From Bdellovibrionales bacterium (GTDB lineage Bacteria; Bdellovibrionota; Bdellovibrionia; Bdellovibrionales; UBA1609): DNA of 64,000 nucleotides. Each line of letters begins with the position of its first letter. Within the stretch, counting starts at the first letter, position 1. The notes below the pieces were generated by a model. That model was not told the origin of the DNA. It did not search any database and saw only the letters and a list, made by a program, of their open reading frames with translations. The position numbers were made by a program, and so were the translations under genes. Shown piece after piece: positions 8,665-18,724 of this stretch. The stretch lies in assembly GCA_965205945.1 (NCBI GenBank), contig CBDBIB010000001.1, positions 64,525-128,524 on the forward strand. The letters run 5' to 3'.

Positions 8665-10347
8665 ATGGAAAAACCTTGGCTAAAACACTACCCTAAAAAT
8701 GTTAAACATAGTATCGACTCTAATGAAGTTGTAACGATAGACGAACTTTTTAAAAAAGCAACTTCTAAATTTCAAGATCATATTGCATATCAAAATTTTG
8801 GTGTTGACCTAAGCTTTGGAGAGCTAGACAAGCTTTCAAATAATTTTGCATCATTCTTAACATATTCTCTTAAACTTAAAAAAGGTGACCGCATAGCCAT
8901 TCAATTGCCCAATATCCTACAATACCCTATTGCTCTTTTTGGGGCTATTAAGGCTGGTTTAATTGTTGTTAATACAAACCCTCTTTACACCAAACGAGAA
9001 ATGGCACATCAATTTAATGATTCTGGAGCAAAGGCTATTGTGATCTTAAGTAATTTTGCTCATAATCTTGATAAAATAATTAAAGACACACCCATTAAAC
9101 ATGTTGTTGTAACAAATGTTGGTGATATGCTTAGCTTTCCTAAAAATTTAATTGTCAACTTTAGTTTAAAATATATAAAAAAACAAGTCCCTCCTTACAA
9201 TCTTGCAGAGGCTTACACTTTTCATGGAGCTTTAAACCGTGGTAAAACAAGACAGTTTAAACCCTTTGCCATTGACCCTGAAGACATTGTTTTCTTACAG
9301 TATACAGGAGGAACAACCGGTGTTTCTAAAGGGGCTAAACTTACACACAAAAATATCACTTCAAATATGCTTCAGATAACTGCATGGATTGATCCTATAT
9401 TAAAAACTGGAGCTGAAGTTATCCTTACTCCTCTTCCTCTCTATCATATCTTCTCTCTTACCGTTAATTGCCTCGGATTTTTACACCTTGGCGGAAAAAA
9501 TATTCTTATTACAAACCCTAGAGACATAAAAAGTTTTATTAAAGTTATGAAGAAAACTCCTTTTACACTTATGAGCGGCGTGAACACTCTTTATAATGCC
9601 TTATTAAACCACCCTGATTTTAAAAATATTAATTTTTCCTCTTTAAAACTTTCTGTTGCTGGAGGAATGGCTTTACAAAAAAGTGTGGTTACAAAATGGG
9701 AAGAAAAAACAAAAACTCCACTTATTGAAGCTTATGGTTTAACCGAAACTTCTCCTGCAGCGTCTGCTAATCCTGTTGATGGTAGTGGTTACATTGGAAC
9801 AATTGGGGTCCCTTTACCATCAACTCTTATCAAACTTGTAAATGATGACGATAATATTTCAAAAGATAATGAACGAGGAGAAATTTATATTAAAGGTCCT
9901 CAAGTAATGAAAGGTTACTGGAATAAACCTGAGGAGACCTTAAATATTTTAACTTCTGATGGATGGGTAAAAACAGGTGATATTGCCACTATTACAGATA
10001 AAGGTTATTTTAAAATAATTGATCGTAAAAAAGACATGATTCTAGTTTCAGGTTTTAATGTTTACCCCAATGAGGTTGAAGATGTCATTTCTAGCCACCC
10101 TGAAGTTTTAGAAGTAGCTGCAATAGGAGTTCCTTCTAAAAGATCTGGAGAATGTGTTAAAATTTGTGTTGTTAAAAAAAATAAAAACCTTACAAAAGAA
10201 GCTCTTACCGATTATGCAAAGAAAAATTTAACAGGCTACAAAACTCCTAATATTATTGAATTTTATAAAGAACTTCCAAAAACTAACATCGGTAAAATTT
10301 TAAGACGCGCTTTAAAAGAAGAGCATCTTCAAAGGTTAAAGCCTTAA
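8665..10347 (+). CDS. fadD: Long-chain fatty acid-CoA ligase
   Basis: 560 aa. AMP-binding motif YTGGTTGVSKGAKLTH, then GYGLTE-like EAYGLTETS and a C-terminal GKILRR. Confidence 0.85.
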   Translation: MEKPWLKHYPKNVKHSIDSNEVVTIDELFKKATSKFQDHIAYQNFGVDLSFGELDKLSNNFASFLTYSLKLKKGDRIAIQLPNILQYPIALFGAIKAGLIVVNTNPLYTKREMAHQFNDSGAKAIVILSNFAHNLDKIIKDTPIKHVVVTNVGDMLSFPKNLIVNFSLKYIKKQVPPYNLAEAYTFHGALNRGKTRQFKPFAIDPEDIVFLQYTGGTTGVSKGAKLTHKNITSNMLQITAWIDPILKTGAEVILTPLPLYHIFSLTVNCLGFLHLGGKNILITNPRDIKSFIKVMKKTPFTLMSGVNTLYNALLNHPDFKNINFSSLKLSVAGGMALQKSVVTKWEEKTKTPLIEAYGLTETSPAASANPVDGSGYIGTIGVPLPSTLIKLVNDDDNISKDNERGEIYIKGPQVMKGYWNKPEETLNILTSDGWVKTGDIATITDKGYFKIIDRKKDMILVSGFNVYPNEVEDVISSHPEVLEVAAIGVPSKRSGECVKICVVKKNKNLTKEALTDYAKKNLTGYKTPNIIEFYKELPKTNIGKILRRALKEEHLQRLKP

Positions 10348-10364
10348 TAAAATAGGATTTAAAC

Positions 10365-11753
10365 ATGTCAAAATCAGTTACAGGACTGTCAACAAGTTTT
10401 AAAGCACTTAAAATTAATAATAATGAGTCTCGTTATGGATCTTTTGCTGAAATAGGAGCCGGTCAAGAAGCTGCAAGGCATTTTTTTCAAGCTGGTCATG
10501 CTTCTGGAACAATTGCAAAATCAATCTCTGCTTATGATATGACTTTTAGTGATGAAATTTATGGCAAAGAAGAAAGTGGTAGATATATTTGCAAGTCTAG
10601 ACTTTTAAAAATGCTTTTAAAGGAATTTAATCTTTTAAACAATCGCCTTTCTAAAACAAGAGGAAAAAATTCTGCTTTCTTTTCTTTTGCTAATACTGTT
10701 GCAACAAATAAAAAGCATGGTTGGTTAGGAATTAAATACCAACTCTCCCCTCTTTCTCCTGCTCAGAATATAGTTCTTCATGTTAAAATGCTAGACCACA
10801 CAAGATTACAACAATCTGAGGCCCTTGGTATTTTAGGAGTTAATCTTATATTTGGAGCCTTTGAACTTCATCAAGATCCTAAAAAATTAATTGAATCATT
10901 AACTGATAATATTAGTTCTGGAAGAATTGAAATTGATCTTATCGAATTTACAGGATCTAAATTTAAGGACATCGATAATCGTTTAATGTGCCTAGAACTT
11001 GTAAAACAAGGACTCACTCAAAATGTTGTATTTAACCCTAAAGGTGAAACCTCCACACTTTCTGAAGAGTTTTTTGAAAAATCTATTTTTCTACTTCGAG
11101 GTGAGTTTAGACCTATTACAAAAATTGATATTAAAATATTGAATCTAAGTTGTAAACAATTTAGAAAAGATTTTAATCTAAAAAAAACAACTCCTCTTTT
11201 AGAAATCACTATGGCTCGTCTAAAAAAAATAGACAACAAGGTTCATCGCCAAGATTTCTTAGATCGTGTAGACACTTTAGCATATCTAGGATTTAGAGTT
11301 ATGATTTCAAACTATAATTTTTATTATCAAGTCAAACAAGCTTTAAGAAATATTACAAAAGAACCACTTGGAATGGCAATCGGTGGGCATCATTTAAATT
11401 ACTTTTTTAAAGAAGATCATTACAAACATTTAACTGGTGGAGTTTTTGAAGCTTCTTCAAAGTTATTCGACTCTAAATCCACGGTTTACATCTTTCCCTA
11501 TAAATCTAATAAAACCTGTACTACCTTAAAAACCTATATTACAGACCCTGTATCACAAAAATTGATTAATTACCTTTCTGAAAAAAAAAATATCCAAGAG
11601 CTTGCTGATTGTAATAATATTGAAAATTCAATCTTATCATCTCAAGTCAGAATACTTTTACAAAAAGGCAGTCCTGAATGGAAATCTCTTGTCCCTGAAA
11701 AAATAGTAAAATTTATTGAAAAAAAGAGATTATTTCAATACAAAAAAACCTAA
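10365..11753 (+). CDS. Conserved hypothetical protein (462 aa), probably co-transcribed with fadD
   Basis: Long ORF starting 18 nt after the fadD stop. The N-terminal block FAEIGAGQEAARHFFQAGHASGTIAKSISAYDMTFSDEIYG looks conserved, but I cannot assign a family. Confidence 0.6.
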   Translation: MSKSVTGLSTSFKALKINNNESRYGSFAEIGAGQEAARHFFQAGHASGTIAKSISAYDMTFSDEIYGKEESGRYICKSRLLKMLLKEFNLLNNRLSKTRGKNSAFFSFANTVATNKKHGWLGIKYQLSPLSPAQNIVLHVKMLDHTRLQQSEALGILGVNLIFGAFELHQDPKKLIESLTDNISSGRIEIDLIEFTGSKFKDIDNRLMCLELVKQGLTQNVVFNPKGETSTLSEEFFEKSIFLLRGEFRPITKIDIKILNLSCKQFRKDFNLKKTTPLLEITMARLKKIDNKVHRQDFLDRVDTLAYLGFRVMISNYNFYYQVKQALRNITKEPLGMAIGGHHLNYFFKEDHYKHLTGGVFEASSKLFDSKSTVYIFPYKSNKTCTTLKTYITDPVSQKLINYLSEKKNIQELADCNNIENSILSSQVRILLQKGSPEWKSLVPEKIVKFIEKKRLFQYKKT

Positions 11754-12212
11754 TAATCTAGAAAAAATCATTAGCATCCTTAAACCTTAAAAAAAAAGAA
11801 CGCCTCATAGATATGCAAATAAATTGTAGGCTCCATTAAGATTTAAAACCCTGGCCACAATTAGATACACCCTTTACAATCACATGGCCTAAGTAGTGAG
11901 AACATAGCCTATGGATGTTTAACACAACCAAACCCAGTATAAACGAATACTAAATTTTTGACCACAAAGAAAGTTAAAAAAGCTCCATCTCTTTTGTTAA
12001 AGTTTCCACCACAAAAAACCTCTTCAAACAAAGTATTAACTCGTAGGTTAAGCCCACCAAAATAGAATGTTACAGTAGATTTAAAAAGTTCGAAACTCTA
12101 CTTTTACTATTAAAACTAAAAGTGTAGTGAATAAACTTTTAGACCCTTAATTGTGATTATTAATAATTGTTTAATTTTATTTTTAAAAGCCGCACTTAAA
12201 AAAAATTAGTAT

Positions 12213-13631
12213 TTATTTATCTATCTTAGTTGGATATTCTCCTGTAAAACAAGCCGAACAGTAATCCCAATTCTCCATAGTATTTCCTTTAGACACCGCT
12301 GTAACTAAGCCTTCATTTGAAAGATATGCTAATGAATCTGCACCTATATATTCTTGAATTTCTTTAATAGATTTACTTGAAGCAATCAATTGTTCTTTTT
12401 CAGGAGTATCTACACCATAATAACAAGGGCCTGTAGTTGGGGGAGACGAAACTCTAAAATGAACTTCTTTTACACCGGCTTGCCTAATTAAATTAATAAT
12501 TTTTTTACTTGTAGTTCCTCTAACAATTGAATCATCAACTAAAACCACTCTTCTACCTTCAAGAATCAGTTTTTGAGGATTAAGTTTAATTTTAACTCCT
12601 GAATTTCTAATAGCTTGAGTTGGTTGAATAAATGTTCTTCCAATATAATGATTTCTAATAATGCCCATTTCAAATGGAATTCCTGATGCCTCTGAAAAAC
12701 CTAATGCTGCAGGAACTCCTGAGTCAGGAACGGGAATAACAAAGTCTGCTGCAACTACAGATTCCTTTGCCAACATTCTTCCCATATTTTTTCTAACCGA
12801 ATAAACATGTTTTCCAAAAACTTGTGAATCAGGCCTTGCAAAATAAACATGCTCAAAAACACAATGCTTAAATTTTTCTGTTCTTTTAGTAAAAAAGCTT
12901 GATTCTAAACCTTTTTCTGAAATTTTTAAAACCTCCCCAGGTTTAATAACTCTAATAAAATCAGCTCCGATTAGATCAAAAGCACAAGTCTCTGAAGCCA
13001 CAACATAAGACTCTCCCCCATCAAACTTTCTTTTTCCTAAAACAAGAGGCCTAAAACCTTTTGCATCTCTAATAACATAAAGAGCATCTTTATTTAAAAG
13101 AACCATTGAAAAAGCTCCTTCTAACTTCTTAGCAGAATCTATAAGACAAGTATTTAAATCATTACTTTGATGTTTAGCTAAAAGATGAAGTAAACATTCT
13201 GTATCACTTGTTCCCTGAAAAATTGAACCTTCTTTTTTTAAAATTTTTCTTAAGTCTTTAGAATTCACAAGATTTCCATTATGAGCAATCGCTAAAGGAC
13301 CATTAAGCAGTTGAGCTGTTAATGGTTGAGCATTATTTAAAAGATTTCTTCCTGTAGTTGAATACCTGACATGACCAATTGCAACAGTACCTTTAAGTCT
13401 TTTTAAATTCTTTTCTTTAAAAATATCTCCAACAAGCCCCCTTCCTCTATCAATAATGTGATACCCATGTTCATCTAAAGAAACTATACCTGCAGACTCT
13501 TGCCCTCTGTGTTGTTGAGCATATAAACCCATAAAAGTAATTCTTGAAGCTTCTGGATCTCCAAAAACACCAAATACAGCACATTCTTCTTTCCATAAAC
13601 CACCCATTGCATCAAGATTATTAATTTCCAA
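12213..13631 (-). CDS. purF: Amidophosphoribosyltransferase (propeptide plus [4Fe-4S] type)
   Basis: CAVFGVFG N-terminal nucleophile after a short propeptide; PRTase motif VVLVDDSIVRGTT; C-terminal Cys ligands CYYG and DYCSACF. Confidence 0.95.
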   Translation of the reverse strand: MEINNLDAMGGLWKEECAVFGVFGDPEASRITFMGLYAQQHRGQESAGIVSLDEHGYHIIDRGRGLVGDIFKEKNLKRLKGTVAIGHVRYSTTGRNLLNNAQPLTAQLLNGPLAIAHNGNLVNSKDLRKILKKEGSIFQGTSDTECLLHLLAKHQSNDLNTCLIDSAKKLEGAFSMVLLNKDALYVIRDAKGFRPLVLGKRKFDGGESYVVASETCAFDLIGADFIRVIKPGEVLKISEKGLESSFFTKRTEKFKHCVFEHVYFARPDSQVFGKHVYSVRKNMGRMLAKESVVAADFVIPVPDSGVPAALGFSEASGIPFEMGIIRNHYIGRTFIQPTQAIRNSGVKIKLNPQKLILEGRRVVLVDDSIVRGTTSKKIINLIRQAGVKEVHFRVSSPPTTGPCYYGVDTPEKEQLIASSKSIKEIQEYIGADSLAYLSNEGLVTAVSKGNTMENWDYCSACFTGEYPTKIDK

Positions 13632-15792
13632 GGTGTTTCTCCCAACCAGTACACTGAAGATTATTAATTTCTTTTAATGAAAACTTTTCATCAAAATATT
13701 CAAAAATTCCTGTCTTATTTGTTTCACCAAGATAAACTAATTTAAAACAAGATTTCGGAAATTTAAAGTTTTTATCTATTTCTAAAATCACTTGATACAT
13801 TCGTTCAGTTTTTAAAAGTTTTTTTAAAACAGATGGATTTAATTTAAACCCTATGCCCTCATTTATCATTTGAGATAATGCATACTGAGGTCCAAATTTA
13901 CCCACTAATCTACTAGATTTAATATCTCCATTAAATGCAAGATCATATAGATAATCACAAAAAGTTTTTGTTAAAGTAATATTTAAATCTCCACTTCCCC
14001 AAGGCTTTTGTTTTTTTAGATCACCGGAATAACCGGACCAAGTAAAATCCCCACACTCAATCATTATAACTTTAGACCCTGGATTAGTGAATATTGATTT
14101 TGGAAGTTTATTTTCTAAATCTGTAAGCTTTTGATCTCTTAAACCAACAATACATGTTGCAGGTGTTGAAGTAATATTTTCTCCTTTAGTTTCATTATAC
14201 AAACTCACATTACCAGAAATAATAGGAGCTTTAAAGGCCTCACAGGCCTCACTCATAGCCTTTAAACTATTTGTAAATTCACTCATAATACTTTCTTTTT
14301 GAGGGTTTCCAAAATTCAAACAATCTGTCACAGCCCAAGGTCTAAAGCCTTTAAGAGATAATTGAATTGCTGGGCCTAAAATAGCGTCCTTACCACCTAA
14401 GATTGGTGATAACTCCATTAATAACGGTCTGCAACCTAAAACCATTGCTAAGGGCCTACCGCTTTCTGGAAGCCTTATAATGCCAATGGGACTTGAGCAG
14501 TCAGAAACTGTTTTAGCCCCAACTCTTTGATCATACTGATTATAAATCCATTTTCTTGAACAACCTTGCAGAGAAGAGAAAACCTCTTTAAGGTCTAAAA
14601 GCTTAGATTCACCTTTTATAGGCACCCATTTAAGCCTATGATGAGGTCTATCATATCTTGGAGCTTTTTTAATAATATCAAAAGGATTAATTTCACAAAC
14701 AAGTTCATTCTTCCAATAAATTTTAATCTTTTTTTCCTTCTTCACTTCACCAATAACAACAGCTTCTAAACCCCATTTAGAAAAAATTTCTTTAACCTTT
14801 TCTACATTCTCTTTAAAAACAGTCATCAACATTCTTTCCTGACTCTCAGATAACAAGATTTCTTCAGGATTCATAGTTTCATCCCTTAAAGGGACTTTTG
14901 AGAGATTAAGATCTAGACCGAATCCACCACCTACTGACATTTCAAAACTAGAACTAGTGATTCCTGCAGCACCCATATCTTGTACAGATTCAGCAAGACC
15001 TTTTCTCATAACCTCTAAACAACTTTCAATTAAACATTTTTCATAAAAAGGATCTCCAATTTGGATGGTCGGTCTTTTAGATTCACTCCCCTCATTAAAA
15101 GACTCACTAGCCATTGAAGCCCCATGAACACCATCTTTTCCAGTTTTAGCACCAACATAGATAACTTTACTTCCAGGGTTTTTAATTTTTGAAGAAATAA
15201 TTTTATCATTCTTACCGTAATAGCCTAAAGCAAACGCATTCACTAAATTATTTTTATTATAAGTTTTATTAAATTCAGTTTGTCCTGAAATATTTGAAAC
15301 TCCGACACAGTTTCCATAAAAAGAAATTCCTGAAACCACACCTTCAACAAGGGTTTGTAGTCTCTTAGACCCAGATTCTCCAAAACAAATATAGTTAGCT
15401 AAAGCTATCGGTCTTGCCCCCATAGTAAAAATATCTCTTAAAATTCCACCAACACCTGTAGCAGCCCCTTGAAAAGGTTCAATAAAACTTGGATGATTAT
15501 GGCTTTCCATTTTAAAAGCTACCCTTTCACCTTGTCCAAGATCTACAACACCAGCATTTTCATCCTCTTTAGAAACAACAATTCTAGATTTAGTGTACAA
15601 ATTCTTAAGATGATTCTTAGAACTCTTATAACTACAGTGCTCGCTCCATAAAGCTGAAAATAAAGCCCACTCAATTAGCGTTGGCTCTTTATGACCTTTT
15701 TCTTGACCTAAAATATCACAAGCCGTTACATATTCATCTTTACTTAAGCCATAATGTTTTAATTTTTCATCTAAAGTCCTTAAACCCTTCAT
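13621..15792 (-). CDS. purL: Phosphoribosylformylglycinamidine synthase subunit PurL (FGAM synthase II)
   Basis: 723 aa, small-PurL type, ESHNHPS motif. Sits next to purQ and purS. Confidence 0.95.
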   Translation of the reverse strand: MKGLRTLDEKLKHYGLSKDEYVTACDILGQEKGHKEPTLIEWALFSALWSEHCSYKSSKNHLKNLYTKSRIVVSKEDENAGVVDLGQGERVAFKMESHNHPSFIEPFQGAATGVGGILRDIFTMGARPIALANYICFGESGSKRLQTLVEGVVSGISFYGNCVGVSNISGQTEFNKTYNKNNLVNAFALGYYGKNDKIISSKIKNPGSKVIYVGAKTGKDGVHGASMASESFNEGSESKRPTIQIGDPFYEKCLIESCLEVMRKGLAESVQDMGAAGITSSSFEMSVGGGFGLDLNLSKVPLRDETMNPEEILLSESQERMLMTVFKENVEKVKEIFSKWGLEAVVIGEVKKEKKIKIYWKNELVCEINPFDIIKKAPRYDRPHHRLKWVPIKGESKLLDLKEVFSSLQGCSRKWIYNQYDQRVGAKTVSDCSSPIGIIRLPESGRPLAMVLGCRPLLMELSPILGGKDAILGPAIQLSLKGFRPWAVTDCLNFGNPQKESIMSEFTNSLKAMSEACEAFKAPIISGNVSLYNETKGENITSTPATCIVGLRDQKLTDLENKLPKSIFTNPGSKVIMIECGDFTWSGYSGDLKKQKPWGSGDLNITLTKTFCDYLYDLAFNGDIKSSRLVGKFGPQYALSQMINEGIGFKLNPSVLKKLLKTERMYQVILEIDKNFKFPKSCFKLVYLGETNKTGIFEYFDEKFSLKEINNLQCTGWEKHLGN

Positions 15793-16433
15793 AAAAATTT
15801 CTCCAATAAGAACTTACCTTCATCCCCACCCATCCACTTAGCCACTGCTCTTTCTGGATGTGGCATTAAACCTGCAATATTTTTTTCTTTATTTAAAACA
15901 CCAGCTATACTTAAAATAGATCCATTTGGATTGTCTTTGTATTTAAACCAAATTTGATCATTAGCTTCTAAGTCTTTAAGGCCTTTTTTTGAAATATAAA
16001 ACCGCCCCTCACCATGGGCTACAGGCATAGTATAAGAGCCTTTTAATGACCATGGATTATTTTTACTCAAAGCCTCTAAGCTTAACCATGTATCAATAAA
16101 ATTCACCTCTTTATTTCTCATCAAAATCCCTGGAAGAAGTCCTCTCTCACATAAAACTTGAAATCCATTACAAATCCCTAAAACCTTGCCTCCAAATTTA
16201 GAAAATTTTTCCACAGAATCCATCACTGGCATTTTAGAAGCCAAAGCACCACACCTTAAATAATCCCCATAGGAAAATCCTCCTGGAATAACCACTCCAT
16301 CAATAAAATCTTTATTAAACTCATCCTCATACCAAAGCCAAACAGGTTTTAAACCTTTAATTCCATTTATTGCATCAAAAACATCTTGATCACAGTTTGT
16401 ACCTAAGAACCTTACTACACCAATTCTTTTCAT
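15789..16433 (-). CDS. purQ: Phosphoribosylformylglycinamidine synthase glutaminase subunit PurQ
   Basis: GICNGFQ nucleophile elbow and MPHPER. Start set at MKRIGVV (ATG 16433), preceded by GGAG. Confidence 0.9.
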   Translation of the reverse strand: MKRIGVVRFLGTNCDQDVFDAINGIKGLKPVWLWYEDEFNKDFIDGVVIPGGFSYGDYLRCGALASKMPVMDSVEKFSKFGGKVLGICNGFQVLCERGLLPGILMRNKEVNFIDTWLSLEALSKNNPWSLKGSYTMPVAHGEGRFYISKKGLKDLEANDQIWFKYKDNPNGSILSIAGVLNKEKNIAGLMPHPERAVAKWMGGDEGKFLLEKFL

Positions 16434-16448
16434 TTCCATCTCCAAGTA

Positions 16449-16682
16449 TTAATCTTTAATTATTGAAATCTCTTCAATTAACGGATTATACAACACATAC
16501 TCAGCCATTTTTAAAATATCAATTTTTGTACACGTAGTTTTAATTTCTATATATTTACCAACTTTACACTCTTGTAAAGAAAACCCTGCTTTAGACAAAA
16601 CAAGCTTTGTTGCACGCCCTTGAGAATCTAAAACATCTTTCTTAGGCATGACTTTAATTCCATATTTAACGCTCTTACTCAT
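16449..16682 (-). CDS. purS: Phosphoribosylformylglycinamidine synthase subunit PurS
   Basis: 77 aa; VLDSQG motif; lies between purC and purQ. Confidence 0.85.
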   Translation of the reverse strand: MSKSVKYGIKVMPKKDVLDSQGRATKLVLSKAGFSLQECKVGKYIEIKTTCTKIDILKMAEYVLYNPLIEEISIIKD

Positions 16683-17404
16683 ATTAAAACCACCTTTTCT
16701 AATTTCTCTAAAACAATTTGATAAGATTCTAAAACCTTACCCATATCTTTTCTAAATCTATCTTTATCTAATACTTTTTTAGTTTCTAGATTTAAAAGTC
16801 TACAAGAGTCAGGAGAAATTTCATCTGCTAATAAAAGCTTTCCCTCTATATCTAAACCAAATTCAATTTTAAAATCTATAAGATCCACTCCTGCCTTAAA
16901 AAATAAATCTTTTAAAATTTTATTTATCTTTAAAGATTCCAATTTAATTTCTTCATATATTTTATCACTACATAATCCCATTTCTTTTACATGTTCATAG
17001 GTAATAAGAGGGTCTTCTAACTCATCTTTTTTATAAAAAACTTCAAACATTGGTTCTTTAAATTTAAAATTAGGCTTAATACCTAAGCGCTTTAAAATAG
17101 ACCCTGCCGCTTTATTTCTAATAATAACTTCTAAAGGAATAATCTTAAGCTTTTTTGCAAAAATTTCCGTATCTGAAATCTGTTTAATGAAATGAGTTTT
17201 AATTCCATTTTCAATCAAATGAGAAAAAACTAATTGGCTAATTTTTAAAGTAACCTGACCTTTACCCTTAAAAGATCCTTTTTTCTTTGCATTAAATGCT
17301 GTTAAATCATCTTTAAACTGAATTAAAATAACTTGATCATCGTTTGTAGAATAAAGTTTTTTTGCTTTTCCTTCATATATAAATTTTTTTTTCTTAAAAT
17401 CCAT
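16679..17404 (-). CDS. purC: SAICAR synthase
   Basis: 241 aa; YEGKAKKLY N-terminal motif and DKDRFR. Confidence 0.95.
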   Translation of the reverse strand: MDFKKKKFIYEGKAKKLYSTNDDQVILIQFKDDLTAFNAKKKGSFKGKGQVTLKISQLVFSHLIENGIKTHFIKQISDTEIFAKKLKIIPLEVIIRNKAAGSILKRLGIKPNFKFKEPMFEVFYKKDELEDPLITYEHVKEMGLCSDKIYEEIKLESLKINKILKDLFFKAGVDLIDFKIEFGLDIEGKLLLADEISPDSCRLLNLETKKVLDKDRFRKDMGKVLESYQIVLEKLEKVVLI

Positions 17405-17416
17405 ATCTAAAGTCCC

Positions 17417-18724
17417 TTACTTTAATTTCTTATTCTTAGGAAGAACCCTGTTAATTATTTTTTTAATATTTCTTATATGTCGTTTACCTGAAAAAAGTTC
17501 TTTAAGATTCTTTTTTAAAATTCTTTTTGAAATTTCTTTATGATTTAAAATAGCGTCCTGATAAAGCTCACCTTCTTTTAAAAGATGAGCTACACTTTGA
17601 ACCCACTTATATGCTTGTTCTCTTTTAACACCTGCATCTACAAGATCTAAAAGAATATGAGATGAATAAATCTGCCCACCTAATAAATTTAAATTTTTTA
17701 GCATTCTTTTTTTATCTACATAAAGGTCACTTAAAATATTATTAAGTCGCACTAAGCTATAATGAAGTAATGTTAGTGAATCAGGGAAAATAACTCTTTC
17801 CACTGATGAATGTGAAATATCTCTTTCATGCCATAATGCCACATTCTGCTCTGCTGCCATACTATAAGATCTTATAAGCCTTGCCACTCCTGTTAAATTC
17901 TCTGCACCAATAGGATTTTTTTTATGAGGCATAGCACTTGAACCTTTTTGCCCTTTAGAAAATCCCTCCATCACTTCTAAAACTTCAGTTCTTTGAAGGT
18001 GTCTTAGCTCAATAGAAAATCTCTCTATAAAAGCACCTGTTAAAGACAATGCTTGCATAAGGTAGGCATGACGGTCTCTTGGAATAACTTGGGTTGCAAT
18101 ATCTTCTGATTTTAAACCTAAACTTTTACATACTTCTTTTTCAATATTAGGCTGAAGAAAAGAGTAGGTTCCAACAGCTCCTGAAATTTGACCAACCAAA
18201 CACTCATCAAACGCTTTATTTAATCTTTCTTTATTTCTATAAAGTTCAGCTAAAAATCCAGATATTTTAAAACCAAATGTTGTCGGTTCAGCATGTATTC
18301 CATGGGTACGCCCTACACATAAAGTTGTGTAATGCTCCTGAATTAAAGAAATCATAGTGTTTTCTAATTTATTTAAGGTCTTTAATAAAATTAATTTTGA
18401 TTCTTTAATTTGAATAGAGAAAGCTGTATCAATAACATCGGATGAGGTAAGTCCGTAGTGAATATACTTTCCAGAAGCACCAACATTTTCAGCTAAATTA
18501 GATACAAAAGCTATAACATCATGCTTAGTTGTGGCTTCAATCTCTTTTATACGATCAATATTAAATTTAGATTTTTTCTTAATATCTAAAGCGGCTTTAT
18601 TAGGAATAATCTTATGCTTAGCTTGAGCTTGAGCCACCGCAACCTCTACTTTCCTTAGACTTTCCCATTTATTTTCTTCACTCCAAATACTTGTCATCTC
18701 AGGATGACTATAACGAGAAATCAT
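17417..18724 (-). CDS. purB: Adenylosuccinate lyase
   Basis: 435 aa; SSAMPHKKNP signature. Confidence 0.95.
   Translation of the reverse strand: MISRYSHPEMTSIWSEENKWESLRKVEVAVAQAQAKHKIIPNKAALDIKKKSKFNIDRIKEIEATTKHDVIAFVSNLAENVGASGKYIHYGLTSSDVIDTAFSIQIKESKLILLKTLNKLENTMISLIQEHYTTLCVGRTHGIHAEPTTFGFKISGFLAELYRNKERLNKAFDECLVGQISGAVGTYSFLQPNIEKEVCKSLGLKSEDIATQVIPRDRHAYLMQALSLTGAFIERFSIELRHLQRTEVLEVMEGFSKGQKGSSAMPHKKNPIGAENLTGVARLIRSYSMAAEQNVALWHERDISHSSVERVIFPDSLTLLHYSLVRLNNILSDLYVDKKRMLKNLNLLGGQIYSSHILLDLVDAGVKREQAYKWVQSVAHLLKEGELYQDAILNHKEISKRILKKNLKELFSGKRHIRNIKKIINRVLPKNKKLK

Noticed and set aside
11754-12212. 459-bp gene-free, slightly GC-richer spacer between the fadD-linked gene and purF, inspected for tRNA or other ncRNA
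   Set aside because: I could not fold a cloverleaf, and found no signature strings of RNase P, SRP, tmRNA or 6S RNA and no repeats shared with other spacers. It is left unannotated.
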